Under the pieces are notes generated by a model that saw only the letters and a list, made by a program, of their open reading frames with translations, was not told where the DNA came from and made no database searches. The translations under genes and the position numbers were made by a program. 64,000 nt of DNA from Balanoglossus misakiensis (Eukaryota; Animalia; Hemichordata), in NCBI GenBank assembly GCA_040954595.2, contig CM082576.2:12279129-12343128 (forward strand), read 5' to 3'. Position 1 is the first letter of the stretch. Each line of letters begins with the position of its first letter. Below are positions 12,201 through 24,200 of this stretch, in pieces.

Positions 12201-15200
12201 TCTGCGACATCTCTGTTGAATCGATGAATTTCACCAGCAGCCGCAAGATTTGCATCTCTCTCATCGATGTGCTGCAACAGGGCATCATAACCAGCCCTGT
12301 AAAAAGAGAAAGCAATTTTAATACTCTGAATTCTGACAACATTGGAATTAAAACATACCACCAATCAGAGAAACTGTTTTGATTTAAATTGAATTGGATC
12401 TAATTTGTCCAACTTGTAAGATCATTGCATTGAGAGGTCAAAATATATACCTGTTTGAAATCACCTAAATGTATATTGTTAAATTACTATTGACACTCCA
12501 GAAAAAAGCATGTTTTCATTGAAAAAGATACGCATACGACAGACGATTGTAACAACAATGTAATGAGTGATACACAGGAGGTGATGTATAGGAAGTGATG
12601 GCCCCTCTGACCAATCCCATAATGCAATGGATTTGTGACTCACCTGAGTCCTTCCTGTTTCTCAGCGATGATTGGCGACTCTGGATGTTCATCTTCGATC
12701 AGCTGTCTGGCCAACTCTTCACACTGGGCGTACCTCTCCGACCCCGCATCCACTTTCCTCTTGAAGTCGTCAAATTTCTGCTCCAAAGTCTGTACGTGCA
12801 AAAGATATTGATACATCAGCGTGTTGATTTACATTGTACAAAGAAAAATAGGTGCAATTATTTCTCAATATAAACCAACTCACACAAGTTCATAAACTGG
12901 CCGAATTTCGAACTTACCTCAAGATGTTCAAAATCATCGCCATAGTCTTCAGCGGTCGCTATTTGGTCTTGGTCGGCGAGCCACTGAGCCAGGTCATCAC
13001 TCTCTCGTTGGTATTCGTGAAGTCTCTTGGATTCTTCCAGCTTGCCTCTCCTGACGGCCGCATCCTTGGCCAGGTCAGCAAGCTTTTGTTGCAGTTCCTC
13101 CTGTGAAGGAACGGTCACAGTGAAATGTGGTGTTACAGTGGTTTGTTTTAGAAGTACAACAAACATTGCAAGATATGTGGTCGTACACAACAGAAAGTCA
13201 TACAAATGTTATTTCGTCCACAATCCAACAGGTTGATATAGTCCATGTACAGGATGAGGTATCCACTACTCCTGGGATTAAAGGGAGAAGCAATGAGAAG
13301 AGAAGTAAAGTGCCTTGCATGCTCGAGGACACGTAACTTGCAGCCATGTCCTGATCGTGACCCCACAAACCTTCAATAGTCAGCTATCTGGGGCAGGAAA
13401 CTCACCTGTCTATTAGCTATTGCTTTGGCATCAGCATTATCGTCATCAATCATCTTCTGCGCATCTGCATTCAATTCACTTATTTTTTTGTAATACTGGT
13501 CAATATCATCCTCCAAGGCCTGCAAAGGACAAAACCAGAATTTGTTATGATTTATACACATTAAAATCATTTTCCCCAGTCAAACAGTAATTTTTGCATA
13601 ATGACTCATGATCATCTGTTTTGTCCTCCGTGGAGTTCACACACTTGGTTTACCAAGAAATTCACTCTCATAAAAACAATTCACAGAAGAACAATGGTCT
13701 TCTTACCTTTTGTTTTGCAAGAGCTTTCTCAGCAGCATCTTCATCTTTGCCGTAGTCTGTATTGGCAGCCAAGTCCGCTTTCTCAGCGATTAAAGCTTCA
13801 AGGTCATTGGCCTCAGCAAAATACTGCAAAGATAGAACAAATAAATATCAGGTCTCCTGACATACCCTGTCAAACGAACTTGACCATTGGAAATGCTAAA
13901 ATGGTGATCGGGATCAATTGACAAATTTGGTAAAAGATTAGTTTTGTGTATCAAAATGAACAGGACAGAGTTTACTAATACCACAGATATAAGAAATGTT
14001 TTACTCAACAATTTAGTAAACTTCAGGCTGTGTCATGTCTATTGCATAATTTTTCCTTCATTTTAGTTTCCACGAAGATGTATTTTGTCATTTCATTGCC
14101 TCATTCTTGTACCGTAATTTTCACTCCTGATGACACAGCATAACATTTTACACTCACTTTCTGCGCTTGCAGAGACTGGTCCAAACTATGCCTCCTTCCG
14201 TTGGCCAGGTCGAAGAGATTGTCCCAGTCATTGGCCAGGTCGGCGCACTTGTCCTTGATATCATCCTTGGCGAAATGGTTGCTGTCGATCAGACCCTGGC
14301 CGGCGGCCAACGTCTTGTCAATCTGCGGCTGATGACCGAGCATTTCCATCTCCAGTTTCTGTTAGAAAGGAAAGAGAACAAACGAGAGGCATGTTTCATC
14401 TGATCAGGTACAGGCAAAGGAGTTAGGGTGCACTGCACCCGAGTGAGGTTTACCCTTTTCTTAAATAATCAAGCAAAACCATGACTACATTGAATATCTA
14501 TAATTCATGTTTTCTTAACTTAGGCCATGATAATAACATTATCGTAAAAATTTTAAATATTTTCTCAAATAAAAATTTCCCTGTGATTTCACTTTTATTT
14601 TTTAAATAGATGACTAGAATATTTACTACCTACGAAATGATATGCAATATATCAATAATTTTGTAATATTTTAACAAAGAATGATAACCATTGATGCCTG
14701 ATTTACAATAGTCATCATTAATGATTCACACCTACTGTGGGGTACAACAAGACAATGGACAGTTTACGATAGTTTTATTTTTAAAACTATATTCCCATTA
14801 GCACATACCTGGTGCTTCTTGTTCAGCATTTCAGCAGCATGCAATGTCTTGCCATACTCTGTCGACGAAGCGTACGGCAAATGCTCCTTGATCCACTGCT
14901 TCTCTGTGTCCACATCGTGGTAGAACTGCTGCAGTTTGAGTGCGTCCTCCAGCTGTGCCTTGCGCCTGGCTGCAGGGTCCTTCAGATTGTCATACCTAGG
15001 ATGGAACAGAATATTATAAGTTTTTGAATCGTCAAAACAAACTGCAAAAGTAATGCACAATGACCCACTGAATACGTGTTACTATTACATTGTAAAACTT
15101 CTTGCCAATTCACAGAATGCGCACACAACAAGAGGCAACAACTGCAGTGCTGATGCCTGCATCAACAAATCCATCATCTCACCTGTCAGAGAGTTCAGCT

Positions 15201-18200
15201 GCACTGAGCAGGATCCTGTCTGCATCGTAGTGCCCCTCGTCTGCCAGATTCTGAGCCTGGGCGTTCAGTTCATCGATCTTTGTCTTCTGATTCGCCATGT
15301 CACCTTCCAACATCTGTCAACAAAATAATTCCATGAAAATGCATTACAACCACAATCAGGCAGTCATACAGCTACATAGCTTTTTACCTTACATATACAA
15401 GATTATGGTACTTTATTCAGATTACAGTCATACAGCTGCTTCCACTCTGGTTTATTTATTGTCAAGTGGTATTAGAAAAGATGCTGACTTTTTATACATC
15501 AACCAAGATATGACAAGTGCCAGTGAAATACACAAATTGTTACACAGGCCGCAGCTGATGAACTCTGCAAAATCTCCTGGGCAGAATACTTTACCTGGTG
15601 CTTCTTGAGCAAATTCCTGACACTTCTCAGATCATTGCCCAGATCCTCGGAGGCAAGCAATGCTTCCAGCTCGGCCAGGCTCATTCCCGTATCCTCCAAC
15701 AGTTTATTCAGCAGGTCTTGCTCTGTTGCTTGAGTCAGTTTTTCCGACTTGTCGGTGGTGTTGGAATGCAGTGCTGCCCACTTCTTGTTGATGTCGTCAA
15801 GACGGTCTTGTATGTCGTCAGATGCATAGTGGTCAGTGTCAATCAGTGACTGGCCATCCTGTCGAGACAACGGATGAGTTGGTCAGAATTGATCATATCT
15901 TTATATAATAAAGTAGATATCAATTTTGACCTAACCTGATTGTATGACCTGACCTAAACTAATTTACTTGATCAAACTATCCCAATAGGACAATGGGCAT
16001 GAAAACAAAAGTTATGACCAGACATGACAAGACATGACCTGAATCCAACTGAAATGCATTACCTGCCCTGACCTTAATGACCTCAGATGACCTTTATGAT
16101 CTGACATATGACCTGACTTGACATGCGTACCCTGTCAAGTTACTGACCAGTAATTCCCCTGTCCTTGACCTCATGATTCTGACCCCATCTTACCTGGTTA
16201 ATCTTGTCAACTCTGTCCTTATTTGCGGCCACCTCTGCTTCAAAGGCTTGGTGTCTCTGCAACTGGCCTTGAAGATTACTCAAATCTTTGTAAGATTCAT
16301 CCTCTGCCAATTGCTGCTTCTCCTCCATCCAGGTCACAAGCTGTGAAGTGAAAGTAACATTTAATGATATTAGATCAGATCAGACTAGTTGGGTATATTA
16401 AAGTAGTTTAGATCCAGATTTGAACAGACTGATTTGATTTGATATTTTAATTTGGGTACAAATCAAATTTATGTGCACTGAACATGTTTTCAGAAACTAA
16501 AATTGGCTACATAAACCATCATGTTGTAGAAGACAGATTACCCCACCAAGAAAACATACAAGCACAGGTGGCAGAAGTGAATATTTTGGAGTTGAGAGTC
16601 CTACCTCATCTGCATCCCTGCAGAATTCTTGGTAAGCCAGAGATTTGTCCAGCATATCACGTCTGTCTTTGCTCCTGTCCTTCACCTTCTGTCTTCTGTT
16701 GACAACTTCTTCTGTTCTGTCTTTGATGCTGTTGGCAAGATCACAATCACAAGGAGTGAACGGGTGATGACAAAGAGACATTGGAGAGGAAAACTAAAAG
16801 CACTAAAAGAAGCTCAAAGGCTTGTAACTGATGTGAAGATACGTCTTCTGACTTACTGTGGCGAAGCATAATGATGGGCTTTCTGTAATTTCTCAGACAT
16901 GTCTTTCAGGGAGTTGATTCTCTCGTCTTGAACAGCCAGAGTATTCTCAAACTGATCATGTCTCTTCAGAAGTCCCTCGACTTCTTCAACAGTTGTCTGC
17001 AGGAAAAAAAGTATGATGTACTGATAAAGTTTCCGATTATCAATTGCACTACCGGTATACATGATTTCTGAGGTGAGTACTAATTGATTGATTGATTGAT
17101 TGAAAGAAGCACAATTTATGGTGACTTACTCCAAGATCATTGTATTCAAGGAAGTCCTCGTGTCCACTGGTGACTGCATCTATGTGATCAGCTTCTTTGT
17201 TGAATTGCTGAGGGAACAAAAAAATCATGGTAAGTTACTGAATGTATAGCAACTTGCAACAACTCACAGGCAAGATCCAAAAACAGAAAATGTATGCTCG
17301 TACGATGTACCAGTCATATTATTACTGATAAAATGAGCTAAGTGGGCAAATTGTGACAGGGTTTCATCAGCATGGACTGATTCGAAACATGGAAACTTAC
17401 AGCAAGATCCAGGCAGTCATGGAGCTGTTTGTCTCGTCTGTTCCAGTCTGTCTCCATCTGTACTTTGTCTTCCAGTAATTTATGCATCTTGTGCTCCACA
17501 GTTGCCAGCTCTGGAGACACCCTCAACACTTTGTTTCCAAGATCTATCAGACTGGCAAAGCTGTGGCAAAGATGAGATGTTTTATAAACATTTGAAGATT
17601 TCTAGGATTTATATATATACTGTGTGTGTGTGCACATGTACATGAGGGTATGTTTTGGGTGCTTGGAATTCATATGCTTATACGCGTTTGAAGCGATTTT
17701 TAAAAAAAAATCTTTCTGTGTTGTTTATGACATTCTGGAGGTTTCCAACATCTGTGGAAAATGCAACTATACAGAAAGAATGCCTGCAACTCAAAAGTTC
17801 AGAACTGTACTCACTGAAATCCATCAATCAAATCCATTTGACCAACACTGCTTTTAACACAGAAAGACGAAAAGAGAACAACTTACTCATCTTCATGTGC
17901 GTTCATATCGTCTTTGATCCAATCATGTTGTTTGATCAACTCCTCAGTTGCTGGCACATCCCTGGCCAGTTCTGTGTTTGCAAGCTTCACTTTGTTGTTG
18001 TTTACCCACATTTGCTGTGAAATCAACAAGCGAGATCTCATCAAGATGTGCAACAAGCAGAATTGTAAGTTTTGAACAAAACAACTACTGTAAAACGGGT
18101 TATTTTCGTGATATCAAAGGAGGCAACTGTTATGCGAGGATTAATTTTCGCGTTCTCAACCAAACTATCAACACCAGTCCAAAACTTTACCAGCTACCCC

Positions 18201-21200
18201 ATAATCATTAACTTCCTGTAAAATGCTACATGATGAGGTTATTAAGCATGGAATTCCTTCCTTCCATGACTTGCACATTTCTGTTTTGTTGACTTACCAG
18301 ATCTTTGGCATCAGCGTGGAATTTACTGATGGAATGTGCTGCGTCAAGTCTGGCTTTCCTGTCAGCAACTTTGTCTTGCAGTGTTTCCCACAATGCATTG
18401 ATTTCCTGTTGCTTATTAGCAACAATGTCAGCTTCCCTGGGATAAGATGTCCTCACACTGCACACGAGACATGCAAATAAAAGCAGTATTAAAAATGTTA
18501 ATCAAAAGAATCAGAGTAACATTTAGTATTAAAAGGATGATTTCCATACCAATTCTCAATGAAATTCTCAACAGGCTTTTCACCCCCAGTTCAATCTACA
18601 GAGGTCCAACCTTACCATTGAAAACAATGGGTTTGGACTGAACCATTGTGGTCAAAGGGTTAAAGTCATTATACTCACGCTTTGGCAAGCATTCCAAGTT
18701 TCATCATTTTCTCCTCAACCGGCGCCAATTCTCTCTCCAAATTCTGGTGCTTTCTCATCAGAGCTTCCACGGCACTTTGTTCCTTGACTTGGTTGATGTC
18801 GTCGTTGTCTCCCATGCCAGCGGTCTTTTCTAAAATCCAATCTTTGGTCTCGTCCCAAGTCTGGTTGTACAACTCAATGCTGCGGAGGAACACAAATTAT
18901 GCGTCCATACAATGCTGTTGTTGTTGTTGTTATTGTTATTGTTGTTGTTGACCTCTTCTACACAACTGTTGTTCCCCTCCACCCCCACCCCATTACATTG
19001 TAATGCATATCCAAAATTACAAAAAATCAATGGAATTGGACCAAACTAATATATAGTGAAAGGGGCGAAATACCCAAAACACTGGTGTAGTGAAGTTTCA
19101 GTAGATTCCACTTGCTGCAAAATACACAATTCAATTCTCCCTTTTTTTCTTACCTGGATGCCCCTTCCATCATTCTCTCCTTGTTCTCCCGGAGTTGGTT
19201 CAGCTTGTCCCATCTCTCCTGGATCTCTTTCTGCCTGTCCCTGACCGCTTGCTGCTGGCTGTGCCCGGTCTCCACGAACTCATCCGCCATCTTGTTGATG
19301 TTCTCCATCCGGGGCGCGTTGGCCGCCAGGTCGGTCAAAAGATACGCAAATTTTCTCCTCATGGTTTCCATTTTCTCGGAGAGGGACTCGTCCTTCTTCA
19401 GAGCCTTTTCCTGTAAATTCCAGTCAATGGTTCGGATTAATAAGGGCGTCCACAGCTATGACTCCGTCACCCCATATCTTAACTCTCGACAAGCATTTTT
19501 GGGTGCATAATTTGCATATACATTATCATTCCAGAACCGTCATGCTGTTGACCGTTTTTTTTCTATACCTCGTTACCTCTTTTTTTCAGGACATGGGCCA
19601 CGGGCGAGAAGAACTATCCAGCGCTTCGTAATCAGAAAAGAATATTCACAGTAAGAAGTACTCATTTAGAGAGAGGAAACATCCTTAGTCATTTCAAGAA
19701 GTGAAGAGACAAATACAATCATTTCTCCATTACTTTTCCCCAATAAAGGCAGAAAGAGAAGAAAATGTTACATAATTACCTTCAACCTGGTACCAAAGAA
19801 GGGAGATTTTTTTTTTTACATTTTGATGAGGTTATTCACAAAATACGGCCATGGCAAGTCCACAGACGAGTCCAATATCTCGCATGTGGAGCCCCCAAAT
19901 CCATACATGGTCGTATTTTGTGTGTAACCCCTATTACTATACACCTTCCTTCATTGAATTTTTATATAATGACTTTTTGTGGTAAATTTGTTGGGCGAAA
20001 AGCGCTCAGCCATGAAATCAAAGCGATGAGAACTGGATCAAATTGTTGCAAAATTATGCAGATGAATTTGCATCCAGCCAATAAAGCAATGCTTCAGTAG
20101 TATAGGCACACATATTCAAACGTGTCAGCCATATTGGAATTCTTTGTACACTGTACTGTACAAATACAGAAACATATTGCACGATAGAAAGCGACAGGGT
20201 ACGCATCAGTAGGTGTATAATAATAATGTGTAATACTTTGAATGCAACAGTTTTACAAAATGAATTTAATACTCTGAGTGATGTGTGAACTGAGAATGTG
20301 GAGGTTGTACTCAGCTACGACCAGTAAATGTCATTACTAGTGTATTACACTGAATGATGTCTTACAAACCAGGAACAAATCTACAAAAACAGCGTAATCT
20401 GGACTTTACCGGTACATGTACATGTATGTCTGATAAAGTAATATGTAAATGTGAATAACAGAAACTGGCAGTTATTGAGAAATGACAACAAAGTGTACAG
20501 GGTCAAGAAAGCAATTGTGTTATTTTTAGAGGTTTAATATAGTTACAGAAAGAGAAAATGTTAGAGTTCAAAGGTTAGAGTTCAGAGGTTAGAGTTCACA
20601 GATTAGACCTCAGAAGAGAGATAGACGCAGGAGAGTCCAAAAAGCAAGCAATGCATGAGCGCCGTATTTTTTTCATTCTTTGTTAGCAAATTTCAATGAA
20701 CCACCACCGTACAATGAATCACCCACTTTTTTTGATGATACATGAGGGGGGTTGGAGGGGGGGGGATTTCCTACTAAAAAAAATGAGAGGTTTTGACGAT
20801 ATGGCATAACCAGAGACAAAATGAATGGTACAGATGGCGTTATTCCATTCATAGATTTACCTTCATTTTCATGGCAACTTTAGAGACTTGCTAAAAACAA
20901 CATAAATACACACATTAGTGGTTTAGTGGTTAACTCCGGGTGTTTTTGTTAAGTTTTAGTAAATGTGCAATTAATATAGACTTGACTACATTCCCTACAG
21001 TATACTGATGTCAATATGCCACCACCAACCTACATCCGTTGACTATTACATTAAAACCAGATTATTCTTTCACATTTTGATTGATTTTGCAATTAATTTT
21101 TGACTAGAAGTGAGAGTAATGGTGATAATGGGAGCTATGTTTTGCCGTGATGACCAAAGCCAGTGCAAAGTTTTTCATATTTCTCTTTTTTCTAAATGAC

Positions 21201-24200
21201 AAAATTAACGCTTGCGATGTCGCGACGATAGGGAAACGACAATGGTCGTATCGTACCTTCTCCTTCATCCAGGCCTCGAAATCGTCGCACTCTCTGTAGA
21301 AAGAGTAAAGTTTGATGGCGTCTTCCAGATAGCGGTGTCTGGCTTTGCCTAATTTGCATAGTCTCTTGTAAGTGTTGTTGATCGCCTGCTGTCGCATTTC
21401 CACATTTTCTTTGTCAAAATGTGCTCCTTGCTCTCGTCGGACTGCAACGACAAAAATTGAGAAAATCCTCATACAATTTTATTTTCATATCATAAATATA
21501 AAATTATCTTCAATATTCACAGAGTTATATCATTAATATCGCTGCATATAACATTTTATGCGTTATGAATATTTATGGTAATCCAAGTATGCGAATTATG
21601 GCAGAAATCTGACAGCAAAAATGATTCATGTTTTAACCAAATCTAAATCATTGGATAAAATATATCAGTTGAGCCAGGTTGCATCACAGTGTTATTGGTA
21701 CTACAACAACCTTTCACTGATTGTACATTTACATAATTAACATGATTTTTTCAAGAATCCGTTCTCTCTTTGTCTGGTTAGTGCATGTATTTCTCAACCA
21801 GACATGTACTTTTCAATTTGACTTTTCCAGTGAAGTGAGACAAAAAACCATGCAGTTTAAACCTTGTGGTTCTATCACTGCAGCAACTTACAACTTGTCG
21901 ATCTGGCCAAGGAAGTTCCGCCCTCTTTCCGTTTCTTCACCAACTCCTGCTTGTACTTTGTTTTCTTCACTTTCACCTTCTCCGGCACTTTGATCTTCCT
22001 CTGAACCCTCTTCTTGATCACCTTGGGTTCGATCTCCTTGATGTAGTTGGCCGGCACAAAACCTTCCTGGCCCGTCTTCCGTTTGACGCTCCACCAATCT
22101 TTGTTGGTTTTGCTGCTCAACAACATCACCTGTGCACAATGTTGAAGTGCGTTGATTAGTACATCAATTATGAATAATTTTATATGTTATAACCTACACA
22201 TAAAATAAGTACTCCCTGGAAATTATTTTTCTCAAAAAAAAAAAAACATTTACACTCAGACCACTGTTCACATACATGTGTAAGAAAAATAAACCACAAA
22301 CTCATTAAATTAACATTCAAATCTGTCAAGTTAACCTTGCTTTGTAAAATTCTGTTAGCAACAAGCCCCACAGAAGCACAAACAGAGTAAGTTTACAGGC
22401 CAAGCACTCGACCATAATACAATGTCACAATATCAGAACTCACATATTGGTATGATGTCTCTGGACAAAACACATTGAAAACTAACTAATATATTAAACC
22501 CCAAAAAATTATCAAAGAAGTTTTACCTCTCCCTTTGGAATATCCATGTCTTGTCCTTTGTACGGATACATGGCTTTCACTTGTGGAAACTTCTTCTCTT
22601 CAATAAACTCTTTCAGTACTTCCTTCTCTACGATGTGCGTTTCTTCCACATCGTAGGGTATGTCCACTAATTCTGTGATGTATTCTTCCTCTTCTTTTGT
22701 CGGTGTTGCCATATTTTGTGCCTAAAATCAGAAAAACAAAACAATGAATCTCATTGTGCGAAACAATATATAATCTGTTGTAAGTACTCCTTGAAGTACA
22801 GATGGTCGTTAATATTTGTAATCAAAACTTTATATAAATGATAATTTTGAAGTGTTACTTTCAGCATATATATATGACCTAATAATAAGTAATCATGTTC
22901 TATCTCTAAAATATAAATCTAAACTTTGCCTTTGCACCGTGTAACAGTCAAAAATCACCAGTATCTTCAAGGAATGATCTACTCACATTGAAAGCATCTG
23001 TGGAAATCATAAGTTGCGCCTGATCATTCAATCGGTTTATATCGCCCTCGTAGGCAGCAATCTCTTCTTCAAGTCTTTCGTGTTTCACCAGTAACATCTT
23101 GGCACCTTCTGTGTTATTGCCATAGTCATCGCTGCAAACCAGCGGCATTTTCTCTCTCATCCAAGACTCGGCTTCGTTTGCATCAGTGTAGTACTGTAAT
23201 TTGCGATATGTACAAATAAGTCATTGGTCTCATAACATTATGATGATACTGATCAAGAAAATGACAGCCTTGATTGGTAGTTTTCGACATGCTTGGGTTT
23301 ATACAATGGACACATGTATCTTGATCCAGCCTAATCTTTCTTGTCTGCAACAAACAGATTTCACCCAACTTCACATACAATCCCTTCCCTTGTTTGACTT
23401 ACATGTACAAGCTTGTAGTCAGTAAAAAAACAACTTAAATTGTTGCCACACATTTCTTTGCAGATTGACTTAAACATTTTTGCCGCCCAAAGTTTAATCT
23501 GCAATCTTAAAAATTCCCTCATACCACACACCACAACACCACAGTCACCAAATTAGATGTTGGTTCAGTCTTAGATTTTTCTTCCAAATTCCAAGATTAT
23601 TTTTTACCTGATGAGCCTGGACAGCGTCTTCCAGCCTGAACCTCCTCTTCTCTGCATATTCTTTAAGTTTGTCCCATTTTTCTTTGAGACTGTCGATTCG
23701 AAGTTGGATGTCTTTCTTGGCGTAGTGATCGGCCTTCATCAGCTCATCACCCGTTTCACACACTGCATCACAGATTCTCTCCCTGGCTACCATTTCTGCC
23801 TCAAGAGCCTACCAAAGAAAAACAAAATAAAAACAAACAATGTGAAATACATCATTTTGGGGAAGTGATCAAGAATCGAACCTTACATATAGGTATATTA
23901 TCTTGAGGAGATTTTCACAGGCTTGTGAACATTTCCTTCTAATCAATGTTTCCAGTTATCGTTCACATGGAATCAAAGCTAAGCAGAAGTGTGAGTGTTT
24001 GCCATTTTGGGTTCAAGAAAAAATTTAGCAAAAGTTTGGGAGCAAAATATTAAATTATGACGCATTTCTGACAATATGTACAGTAACCCTCATTTTCATG
24101 AATATTTGATGAAACATGTATGCACCAATGTTAACTGTAATTGGAGCAAAATGGCAATATTTTTATTCTCTCACTGGACTCTTCACTAATTTTTATTCCG

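Noticed and set aside
18830-19030. Poly-Asn / poly-Cys ORFs
   Set aside because: Produced by the (TTG)n microsatellite
19569-19786. 7-nt and 45/47-nt exon-like units in intron 18
   Set aside because: The 7+47 combination hits a stop; the 45-nt version needs a weak second AG and a weak donor, so it is not supportable
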